Origin: Nemertoderma westbladi | Lineage: Eukaryota > Animalia > Xenacoelomorpha | Assembly (NCBI GenBank): GCA_032718475.1 | Contig: JAUCBJ010001766.1 | Location: 1-38,976, forward strand | Reading direction: 5' to 3' | DNA length: 38,976 bases | Part shown: positions 12,075 through 21,705 of the stretch, piece after piece | Position numbering within the stretch: position 1 is the stretch's first letter | Layout of the letters: each line of letters begins with the position of its first letter | Notes under the pieces: generated by a model | Told to the model about the DNA's origin: nothing | Seen by the model: only the letters and a program-made list of their open reading frames with translations | Databases searched by the model: none | Position numbers and translations under genes: made by a program

Positions 12075-12959
12075 ATGGAGATTATTTCGTTTGTTTTATT
12101 TCTTATCTGTCTAACTGATATCAGCTACCAATCTGATTCAATTCTACAAGAAATCAAGTTTACGCAACCATTTTATAACGTTAGCATTACTGAACATGTC
12201 CCATCCCACAGTTACGTTAACACAAAAACACGAATGGGAATTCAAATTCCCCGCCAATTTCTTCCGAGGGGTTCGTATGGCGAGGCCCTGACCATAGTTT
12301 ATAAAATAGAAAAGACGAGTAGTGTGAAGGAATTTTTTAAAGTTGAAACTTTTTTAACCGGCGATTTCGTTTTTTTAGCTGTTCGAACGAAGGGCGGCAC
12401 GTTAAATAGTCTAAACCGCGAGCGTCAGGATTTATACGAGATACCTGTAAAAGGTGTTATTCGGTTAGCGGGAAAATACGGAGGAGGGGGACAAAAAGTT
12501 GAAGTTTATTGCCGTGTTTATTGTCGGGTAGAAGACGCTAACGATATTCAACCTTTTTTTAACCAATCAGCGTACAGTATAGACGTTCTAGAATCAACAC
12601 CCGCGAGAAGCGAACTGGTAGCTGTGCACGCTTACGACGCCGACATTGGTGCTAATGGCGATGTTTATTACTCGTTTGTTGAGGAAACTGAAACGTTTTC
12701 TATTCATCCCATAAGCGGGGTTGTAAGTCTCATTAAAGAGTTGGATTACACGCAGGCTGTTTACTACAGGTTGACTCTAAGTGCTAAGGACAGGGGGGGT
12801 GGGGGCGGGGGCCAGCATGCCCCCTCGACCAACCCCTCTCTCGCACTCCTAGAGATAAACGTTAAACAAATAAACATGCATTCCCCTGTCATTGCTATTC
12901 ACCATCTCCCCAATGTTGTTGAACATGGTCTCAACGAGACAATTTACGCCATACTACAG
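12075..12959 (+). CDS. FAT1: Fat-like (FAT1/2/3 group) cadherin, coding exon 1: signal peptide and first cadherin repeats
   Basis: ATG at 12075 gives hydrophobic MEIISFVLFLICLT. FTQPFYNVSITE, GDFVFLAVRTKGG, LNRE, DANDIQP, AYDADIGANG and FSIHPISG match the FAT1-type N-terminus as I recall it. Donor CAG|GTACGG, phase 0. The symbol denotes the FAT1/2/3 orthology group. Confidence 0.93.
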
Positions 12960-14977
12960 GTACGGTTCTATTAATATATTTTTAATTTATTACGATTACG
13001 CCATACTGATAAAGTACACTAGTCTGATAATGTTGATGTGCTGCATTTATAGGTGTATGTTTGTATGTATGGGTGTATAATATTAGTATAACAGTGGTGG
13101 CGGGGGGCGGGACGTGCCCCCCACTAGAGAGTCGCAGGGTGCCAAATTTCCCCCCCACAATATAAAGATTTCCATATCAGATTCTCACAATTTACAATTT
13201 TTATTGTATTTTTATATATTTAGACTTTGTATTTTTATTGAATCTCCTCCAGCATTAAGTTTTTTTATTGCAATTATTTCTATCTTACAACCTGTACAGA
13301 TAGCAGATACCAATTCGTTTATTGTTTTGGTTAGATATAGATAATTATAAACGAATATAAATACGTATTTATGAAAATATAATTAAGACACATTCACATT
13401 AACCTTGTTTACTATTACGATTTATTACAGTCGTGTATTTAGTTTACAGGGAATAATATCGGTTTCCTATTAATTTATTTGCATCTGCGACCTTATTGAA
13501 CTTTGTAATTATCTGCTTCCGACGCATCCAAGCAGTATAACAATAATTGTATCTTATTTCATTATCTTATTGTTTATAGCAGGCCTATACGTAATATTAA
13601 ATGAGGTTGTAGAAACAACAGCTTGCAATATGCGTATAGTTATAGTTAAACGTAATGTAAGCAAGAAAACTAATTTTATTGTTTTATATTTTATTGTTAT
13701 AGTAGAGTAATGTGCCCCCTACCTACATGAGTTTGCGTGACAAACAGTTAACTTGGCAAGTAATTCTATATATTTTAGCTGTTTTAGCTACACTAACTTA
13801 TCGCATCACTGTTGTATATAGGCACCAGACACTCACAACACTCTAATATCTATGCTAACAATGTTATCATATTTATGTGTTATTATCTCGCAGGTTGACT
13901 CTGTATCCGGCTATGTTATTATACTATAACTATTACTGCCACTTCCCAGATAACAATATTTGTATTTGATAAGAACGAAATGTATTTTGCAAAGTGATGT
14001 TAATGAAACGAATTCGTCTTTATTTTATTTCCAGTAACGAGATGTTATTATTAATGACATTTCAAGAACTGAGTTGTAATTTGAATTCTTAATAAAACTA
14101 ATAAAAAAAACACCCTAATTTTATTTTATTTTCAATTAATGGTATTGAATTTTGTGGAAATGCGCGGGTTTTTTTTTTTAAACATATTATTATTGATATT
14201 GGGGGATGCAGATGTGGGAGTGGGGGGGGGGGGGGGGGGGGTGGTTTTCAAATTAATACATTTCTTATTAGGTAAGTGACTCGTCCGGATTTTATTGAAG
14301 TGACTCATTGGGAGACTGACAGACAACGGACTGCACCAGGTATTCCTCTCTCCTAACATAACTGAAACGGCAATACTTTTTGTAAGATTTACTGCCTCTA
14401 CTTTACAACATGTTTTATCTGGTAGACTTAGACAGCCACTAATAATATGTTGCCAATACACCAGTAATTCCCAGTCCAATAACCCTAAACTCGCAGCTGT
14501 TGTTGGCTGTGTCGGGGTTTAAGGCGGCCGAGATTGATATTGGAGTTTTCTATAGATAATTGGATATCTTATCATATTATACTAATTCTATTTATATTTT
14601 TAATAGTCTCTGTATCAAAGTTGCTTAAGATATTATGATTAAACGAATTATTATCCCTTGAGACATTTATTCAAATTTGAATTAAATTAAATAAATTGAT
14701 ATTGATAAAGAATTCCTAATTCCACCACCCCACACCCCCTGACATAAAGACAAATTCACACGTATCAGTGAAATGATTAATTGAAATTTTTGCATATATC
14801 ATAAATATGAACTGAAAGACTCAAATTATTAAATTTTGAATGTCGGAAACCCCTAAATAAATGTATTTATACAATCGTAAGTATAAAATTAAATATAATT
14901 TTTACTATTTACATTAGAATTCCTCCAATAATTGGTTATTTTTCAGGGCACCACCACTCAGATGTTTTGTTCCCTAG

Positions 14978-15208
14978 GTAACGGACGCAGACAGCCACCG
15001 TAGCGGTCGCATCGACCGGGTCTTCCTTTCTTCGGGAGACGACGACAGACAGTTCCACGTGACCCGCGGTCTGGGGGGTCCCTCCGAGTACACCATAGAG
15101 ATAGCGCGGCCCCTGGACAGGGAGACCAAACCGGCGTACAACCTCACCGTAGTCGCCTGGGATAGCGGTGCCCCGGTGCGGTCCGCTAGTATATCGGTTC
15201 GGGTGCAG
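14978..15208 (+). CDS. FAT1: Fat-like cadherin exon 2
   Basis: TTCCCTAG| VTDADS...PLDRE...YNLTVVAWDSG...VRVQ |GTGAGT; 231 nt, phase 0-0. Confidence 0.92.
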
Positions 15209-15363
15209 GTGAGTCGCCGTCGGCGTGAGTCGGAGTTAATTAATAATAATAAATGAATTGTTGTGGGGCGAGTGACGCGGTGTATTAAATATACAATGTA
15301 AATTGGACAATATGAAAATGCTCTCCATAGCGAAAAATAACAACCGGCCCTATTGGGGCTCGA

Positions 15364-15407
15364 ACCCGGTACCTAGGTTTCAAACTTCTGGTTATCATCA
15401 GCCGAGT
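15364..15407 (-). ncRNA. Minimal type I hammerhead ribozyme motif (left arm)
   Basis: Minus strand reads ACUCGG CUGAUGA UAAC-CAGAA-GUUU GAAA C-CUAG-G UA CCGGGU. Stem I is 6 bp with one U-G pair. Predicted cut after GUA, between 15370 and 15369. Confidence 0.75.
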
Positions 15408-15598
15408 GTGTGTACTGAGCTACCAGACCGGATGAATATTTCGCTGTGGAGTGGGAGATCATATTTAGCCCGTACAATCACTCAAAGGAATAACGGTAAT
15501 AACGAAAGTTGTACTTTCCTTTGAGTGATTAGTTGGCCTTAATATGATCTCCCACTCCATAGCGAAATATTCATCCGGTCTGGTAGCTCAGTACACTC

Positions 15599-15642
15599 AC
15601 CCGGCTGATGATAACCAGAAGTTTGAAACCTAGGTACCGGGT
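15599..15642 (+). ncRNA. Minimal type I hammerhead ribozyme motif (right arm)
   Basis: ACCCGG (15599-15604), CUGAUGA (15605-15611), stem II AAC/GUU, GAAA (15625-15628), C-CUAG-G, UA, CCGGGU (15637-15642). Stem I is a perfect 6 bp. Predicted cut after A15636. The first stem II position is U-U, which is non-canonical. Confidence 0.78.
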
Positions 15643-16308
15643 TCGAGCCCCAATAGGGCCGGTTGATATTTTTCGCTATGGAGAGTTAATTAATGCGCTC
15701 AACGCTGAAACCATTGAAATTATTTATCGATCTTCTTCTGAAATATAATAAAAATTTTGGAACATTTCATATATCCCGGGAATAAAAGCGATATTTAAAA
15801 AAAAATTGAATGACTAACAAATACAGCAGTTATTCCAATTCAATGGAATCAATCGCCTCTCCTATTTAAGTCTCTAACCTTTGTAATTTATAAAGACAAA
15901 ATTTAGGTATTATAATATGAGTGGAGTTCTAGAGATTAGCAATGGCCGCAAATATGTCATAGCTAACGGTATAACTTGTTACTATTGGTATAGATAGTGT
16001 TCTGGAATATGTTAGCTATTTATTTTGAATTCATGTTCCGGTTCTATTTTTTTTGTTCTATTCAATTCATTATAAAATCTGGAATGCATTTTATTTACAA
16101 CGTATTGCATATCTTTCTAAAACAACGTGTTTAAAACTAATTAAAAATGAGTTTTGTATCAGTTGAAAGCTCGTGTTTGTTTAATGTGAGCTAGTCTTTA
16201 GTTTTCTGTCTAGTTACATTTGTTCATTAACACTATTAATTTTAGTTGGTAATTTTGTCATTTCACTGTTAAGACTAAAAGTGAAGCTGGGATATGCCGG
16301 CGAAATAA

Positions 16309-16627
16309 CTGGGACGAAACGTCCTGGGACGAAATGCCCTGGGCCCGAAACGTCCTGGGACCGAAACGTCCGGGGACGAAACGTCCCGGGACCGAAACGT
16401 CCTGGGACCGAAACGTCATGGGACCGAAACGTCCTGGGACCGACACGTCATGGGACCGAAACGTCCTGGGACGAAACGTCTTGGGACGAAACGTCTTGGG
16501 ACCGAAACGTCATGGGACCGAAACGTCCTGGTACCGACACGTCATGGGACCGAAACGTCCTGGGACGAAACGTCTTGGGACGAAACGTCTTGGGACGAAA
16601 CGTTCTGGGACCGAAACGTCCCGGATC
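16309..16627. repeat. 15/16-bp minisatellite, about 20 units of TGGGAC(C)GAAACGTCC; resembles a solo arm of a foldback transposon
   Basis: Direct tandem units ending in CCCGGATCC. No opposite arm seen. Confidence 0.9.
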
Positions 16628-16695
16628 CATATTTAAAGTATTTGTAATCTGTTTGACATTATTTTTACTCCAATATTGGTTATTCTGTTGTCTAG

Positions 16696-16948
16696 GTAAC
16701 CGACACTAACGACCACGCGCCCACCTTCCTACGTAGCAGCTACAACGCTACGGTAGATGAACTGAGCCCGTCGCACACCATAGTAACCAAGGTAACGGCC
16801 CGAGACAAGGACCTCGGTGCCAACGCCCTCGTCAGATACTCTTTGCGTAGCGGCAATGATTTGGGAATGTTCCGTGTGGATCCGACTACAGGGTTGCTGG
16901 TCGTGAAGGAACCCTTACCGGCTCATCCGACTATCTACGCGCTCACAG
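16696..16948 (+). CDS. FAT1: Fat-like cadherin exon 3 (absent from the ORF track)
   Basis: TGTCTAG| VTDTNDHAPTFLRSSYNATVDE...ARDKDLGANALVRYSL...FRVDPTTG...IYALT then G|GTAGGT; 253 nt, phase 0-1. Confidence 0.92.
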
Positions 16949-18118
16949 GTAGGTAGTGCTGGCTCATTGGTTAACATACCGGCTAACAGGCAGGTAGTAC
17001 CGGCTCAATGGTTAACAGTACCGGCTCACAGGTAGTTAGTACCGGCTCAATGGTTAACAGTACCGGCTCACAGGTAGGTAGTACCGGCTCTCAGGTAGGC
17101 TGCACCGGCTCATTGGTTAATAGTACCGGCTCACAGGTAGGTAGTACCGGCTCATTGGTTAATAGTACCGGCTCATTGGTTAATAGTACCGGCCCACAGG
17201 TAGGCAGTACCGGCTCATTGGTTAATAGTACCGGCCCACAGGTAGGCAGTACCGGCTCATTGGTTAATAGTACCGGCTCATTGGTTAACAGTACCGGCTC
17301 ACATGTAGGTAGTACCGGCTCACATGTAGGTAGTACCGGCTCACAGGTAGGTAGTACCGGCTCTCATTTAGGCTGCACGGCTCATTGGTTAATAGTATCG
17401 GCTCACAGGTAGGTAGTTCCGGCTCAATGGTTAACAGTACCGGCTCACAGGTAGGTAGTACCGGCTCTCAGGTAGGCTGCACCGGCTCATTGGTTAACAT
17501 ACCGGCTCACAGGTAGGTAGTACCGGCTCAATGGTTAACAGTACCGGCTCACAGGTAGTTAGTACCGGCTCAATGGTTAACAGCACCGGCTCACAGGTAG
17601 GTAGTACCGGCTCAATGGTTAACAGTACCGGCTCACAGGTAGGTAGTACCTGCTATCAGGTAGGCTGCACCGGCTCATTGGTTAACAGTACCGGCTCATT
17701 GGTTAATAGTACCGGTTCATTGGTTAATAGTACCGGCTCATTGGTTAATAGTACCGGCCCACAGGTAGGCAGTACCGGCTCATTGGTTAATAGTACCGGC
17801 TCATTGGTTAACAGTACCGGCTCACATGTAGGTAGTACCGGCTCACAGGTAGGTAGTACCGGCTCTCATTTAGGCTGCACGGCTCATTGGTTACTAGTAC
17901 CGGCTCACTGGTAGGTAGGTAGTTCCGGCTCATTGGTTAATAGTACCGGCTCATTGGTTAATAGTACCGGCCCACAGGTAGGCAGTACCGGCTCATTGGT
18001 TAATAGTACCGGCTCACAGGTAGGCAGTACCGGCTCACTGGTTGGGAGTACCGGCTCAATGGTTGGCAGTACCGGCTCACTGGTTGACGGAACCGGCTCA
18101 CAGTGAGGCAGTACCGGG
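16941..18118. repeat. 21-bp minisatellite with two unit types, overlapping the exon 3 donor
   Basis: Units ACCGGCTCACAGGTAGGTAGT and ACCGGCTCATTGGTTAATAGT. Higher-order block of about 500-520 bp (GGTTAACATACC near 16970 and 17493). Confidence 0.95.
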
Positions 18119-18225
18119 GTTCGCATAACGAGCTACGAGTATTTGTGGAAGTAAACTCGGAATGTTGTAATTATAATTAAATTAAGGTTTTTCAACTTTA
18201 TCTAACGTATTTGTCTACGTTTCAG

Positions 18226-18357
18226 TGCGAGCGACCGACCAAGGGGTGGCGTCCATGCGTCGATGGAGCGAGTGCGTTGTTTACGTCGCCATACGTGACG
18301 TGAACAACCACCCGCCTCGGTTCGATATGGAAGAATACACGGCACGAATTAGCGAAG
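18226..18357 (+). CDS. FAT1: Fat-like cadherin exon 4
   Basis: GTTTCAG| (V)RATDQG...IRDVNNHPPRFDMEEYTARISE then G|GTTTGT; 132 nt, phase 1-1. Confidence 0.9.
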
Positions 18358-18557
18358 GTTTGTTTACAAATAGGCAGTCTTTCTTATTTCTACCTTATAA
18401 CATGTACAGTTAGTTTATTGTTTTGGTTAGATTCACACCTTCTGTAACCTGGGTTTTTAGTGAAACCTGGTATTATTCACATGAGGTAAACCACAAAGTG
18501 AAATATAACAGCTGGAAGTCTTGTATGCTCCACATGTACCAATAGGGAAGTCACTTA

Positions 18558-18710
18558 AGGCCATGATACACCACAGGAGCGGCGAGCGGCAGCAGCCATT
18601 TGTGGTGTATCATCACCCATAGAAAATAATGTGTTCTATTTTTAAAAAGTGGCCGCTCGCCGCGGCCGCTCGCCGCTGCCGCTCGCCGCTCCTGTGGTGT
18701 ATCATGGCCT
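18558..18710. mobile_element. PIF/Harbinger-type MITE, 153 bp
   Basis: Perfect TIR of more than 30 bp (AGGCCATGATACACCACAGGAGCGGCGAGCGGC). TTA on both sides (18555-18557, 18711-18713). Confidence 0.88.
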
Positions 18711-18832
18711 TTAGAATCCGTTTGGTTACAAATTTCGATACAAAACGAATTGTGACGTCACGAAACTATTAACTTTTATGGATTGGTCGGGTGTTGAATC
18801 TCTTCAATTGTTTCAATTTGTTCCGATATTTG

Positions 18833-19735
18833 ACTTTATTTTACTCTATCCAGGTGCTCCAATCGGTACTCCCGTTCTGTTTTACTTTATTTTACTTTAT
18901 CCAGGTGCTCCGATCGGTACTCCCGTTCTGTTTTACTTTATTTTACTTTATCCAGGTGTTCCGATCGGTACTCCCGTTCTGTTTTACTTTATTTTACTTT
19001 ATCCAGGTGCTCCGATCGGTACTCCCGTTCTGTTTTACTTTATTTTACTTTATCCAGGTGCTCCGATCGGTACTCCCGTTCTGTTTTACTTTATTTTACT
19101 TTATCCAGGTGTTCCGATCGGTACTCCCGTTCTGTTTTACTTTATTTTACTTTATCCAGGTGCTCCGATCGGTACTCCCGTTCTATTTTACTCTATCCAG
19201 GTGCTCCGATCGGTACTCCCGTTCTGTTTTACTTTATTTTACTCTATCCAGGTGCTCCGATCGGTACTCCCGTTCTGTTTTACTTTATTTTACTTTATCC
19301 AGGTGCTCCGATCGGTACTCCCGTTCTGTTTTACTTTATTTTACTCTATCCAGGTGCTCCGATCGGTACTCCCGTTCTGTTTTACTTTATTTTACTCTAT
19401 CCAGGTGTTCCGATCGGTACTCCCGTTCTGTTTTACTTTATTTTACTCTATCCAGGTGTTCCGATCGGTACTCCCGTTCTGTTTTACTTTATTTTACTTT
19501 ATCCAGGTGTTCCGATCGGTACTCCCGTTCTGTTTTACTTTATTTTACTTTATCCAGGTGTTCCGATCGGTACTCCCGTTCTGTTTTACTTTATTTTACT
19601 TTATCCAGGTGCTCCGATCGGTACTCCCGTTCTGTTTTACTTTATTTTACTTTATCCAGGTGCTCCGATCGGTACTCCCGTTCTGTTTTACTTTATTTTA
19701 CTCTATCCAGGTGTTCCGATCGGTACTCCCGTTCT
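18833..19735. repeat. 51-bp minisatellite, 18 copies, made of the exon 5 splice acceptor
   Basis: Unit GTTTTACTTTATTTTACT(T/C)TATCCAG|GTG(C/T)TCCGATCGGTACTCCCGTTCT. AG ends at 18853, 18904 ... 19159, 19200 (one 41-bp unit), 19251 ... 19710. Confidence 0.97.
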
Positions 19736-19943
19736 CTCTGTCCTCGCCACTGACGCAGACGAGATGGGTAGCGCGTTCGTCCTCTACTCTATAGAGAACA
19801 TGGACGCGGCGGTTGCCCTTCCCTTTAGGCTCGCCCCACGCGAGGTGGTATACGGGGCTACGAGTGGGAGCAACCGCGCTCAGGATATTGTGACCTCGCG
19901 TCTGTTAGACTACGAGACAATGGCTCGGGTCTACACCATACAG
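19711..19943 (+). CDS. FAT1: Fat-like cadherin exon 5
   Basis: (G)VPIGTPVLSVLATDADE...LLDYETMARVYTIQ |GTATGC; 233 nt, phase 1-0. The start assumes use of the last acceptor copy. Confidence 0.87.
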
Positions 19944-19984
19944 GTATGCCAGCGTGTTTATTAGGTTATTTACAACACCAATAT

Positions 19985-20160
19985 TGGTGTGGTGTTGTAG
20001 ATTCGATCCTCGCAAAGGGAGACTTTTCACTTCGGCAAGAAAGCGACTAGACGTAGACAGAGCTTTATAACTGAATTGCCTCCATAAATGTTTGCTAAAT
20101 GGGTACCAGTTTCCTGTGGGGAGTATACTTCTGGGGGGGGGGGGGGGGGGGGATCCCTAC
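19985..20160 (+). mobile_element. Possible degraded SINE
   Basis: B-box-like AGATTCGATCC and AAATGGGTACC, a motif I associate with conserved SINE central domains. Weak evidence. Confidence 0.3.
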
Positions 20161-20297
20161 ACTAACGGCTGAATAAAACTTTATTAACACACTATATTGT
20201 AAAACATGTGCATGTTGTTGGGCATTGTTACTTCATGTGTTGTGTAGGAAATTATTGTCTGCCCTCTACATCTACAACAAATCGCCATCTGGTGTTG

Positions 20298-21135
20298 GGG
20301 CCCTAATCACATAGCGAGGTGTTTAATTTGGGCCCTAATCACATAGCGAGGTGTTTAATTTGGGCCCTAATCACATAGCGAGGTGTTTAATTTGGGCACT
20401 AATCACATAGCGAGGTGTTTAATTTGGGCCCTAATCACATAGCGAGGTGTTTAATTTGGGCCCTAATCACATAGCGAGGTGTTTAATTTGGGCACTAATC
20501 ACATAGCGAGGTGTTTAATTTGGGCCCTAATCACATAGCGAGGTGTTTAATTTGGGCCCTAATCACATAGCGAGGTGTTTAATTTGGGCACTAATCACAT
20601 AGCGAGGTGTTTAATTTGGGCCCTAATCACATAGCGAGGTGTTTAATTTGGGCACTAATCACATAGCGAGGTGTTTAATTTGGGCCCTAATCACATAGCG
20701 AGGTGTTTAATTTGGGCACTAATCACATAGCGAGGTGTTTAATTTGGGCCCTAATCACATAGCGAGGTGTTTAATTTGGGCACTAATCACATAGCGAGGT
20801 GTTTAATTTGGGCCCTAATCACATAGCGAGGTGTTTAATTTGGGCCCTAATCACATAGCGAGGTGTTTAATTTGGGCACTAATCACATAGCGAGGTGTTT
20901 AATTTGGGCCCTAATCACATAGCGAGGTGTTTAATTTGGGCACTAATCACATAGCGAGGTGTTTAATTTGGGCCCTAATCACATAGCGAGGTGTTTAATT
21001 TGGGCACTAATCACATAGCGAGGTGTTTAATTTGGGCCCTAATCACATAGCGAGGTGTTTAATTTGGGCCCTAATCACATAGCGAGGTGTTTAATTTGGG
21101 CCCTAATCACATAGCGAGGTGTTTAATTTGGGCCC
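20298..21135. repeat. 32-bp minisatellite, 26 copies
   Basis: GGGC(C/A)CTAATCACATAGCGAGGTGTTTAATTT, with only one variable position. Confidence 0.98.
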
Positions 21136-21705
21136 GTTAATATCTTTATGCTTCTAATTAAGTGATGCTGTGTGAATGTATAATATGGCGAGGCGACAGT
21201 TATTGGCAAATTATATCCAAAACAAAACTCGAATAATATTTTCGACTTATTCTCCATTTATTTACCCCACCAATAACTAAACTCTAGAAATATGTGAATT
21301 ATACCATAACAAAGAAATATACAATAACTTGTAGTCATAAAGGCGATACGGAAGTAAATAAAGTGCTCTTTTTATACTTTGATGTACTCGGTAACCATAG
21401 CAACAAACTGTTATTTTAGTTGTCAATAATGAGCTGATGAGCTTGTTTCAGATTGCAATTGGGGAAATTTGTGTCATAATTAATTATTAATTTAAAATTA
21501 GAAATTGAAAGTAAACTATGTATAACTTCATAATGATACTCAAGATATGGTGCTGCTCTCATTAAAATTAAAATTCATGGTCTTAAAAATAAATATGCTA
21601 TTCGTTTTCACTGTAAAATTCTACACTAAATAGATTCTGAACTGCGTTGTAACGGTTGTCTATAGAATCGACTATTTCACATCACAAATTTATTTGATTT
21701 AATTC

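Larger units (their letters stand above)
15321..15685. mobile_element. Foldback element: two divergent tRNA-like units, each containing a hammerhead ribozyme motif
   Basis: Arms 15321-15490 and 15516-15685 are near-perfect reverse complements around a 25-bp spacer. Each arm has an A-box-like TAGCTCAGT, a B box GGTTCGAGCCC and a T5 run. Confidence 0.85.

Noticed and set aside
12796-12812. Poly-G in exon 1 as a frameshift error
   Set aside because: The frame stays open (GGGGGG) and cadherin motifs continue on both sides.
15575-15673. Intron-containing tRNA gene
   Set aside because: No proper D arm or anticodon arm and only 3 bp of T stem. The insert fits a hammerhead instead.
16258-18126. Repetitive ORFs (GPKRPGT, VNSTGS; antifreeze- or mucin-like)
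   Set aside because: Produced by intronic minisatellites. The true coding frame stops right after the exon 3 donor.
18778-19794. 338-aa and 320-aa ORFs as independent proteins
   Set aside because: They are translations of the stop-free 51-bp repeat.
20298-21135. CRISPR array (32-bp repeats)
   Set aside because: Units are contiguous with no unique spacers, there are no cas genes, and the context is a spliceosomal intron. The same applies to the 60-bp and 54-bp arrays.
21434-21480. CTGATGA...GAAA as another hammerhead
   Set aside because: No convincing stems I, II or III.
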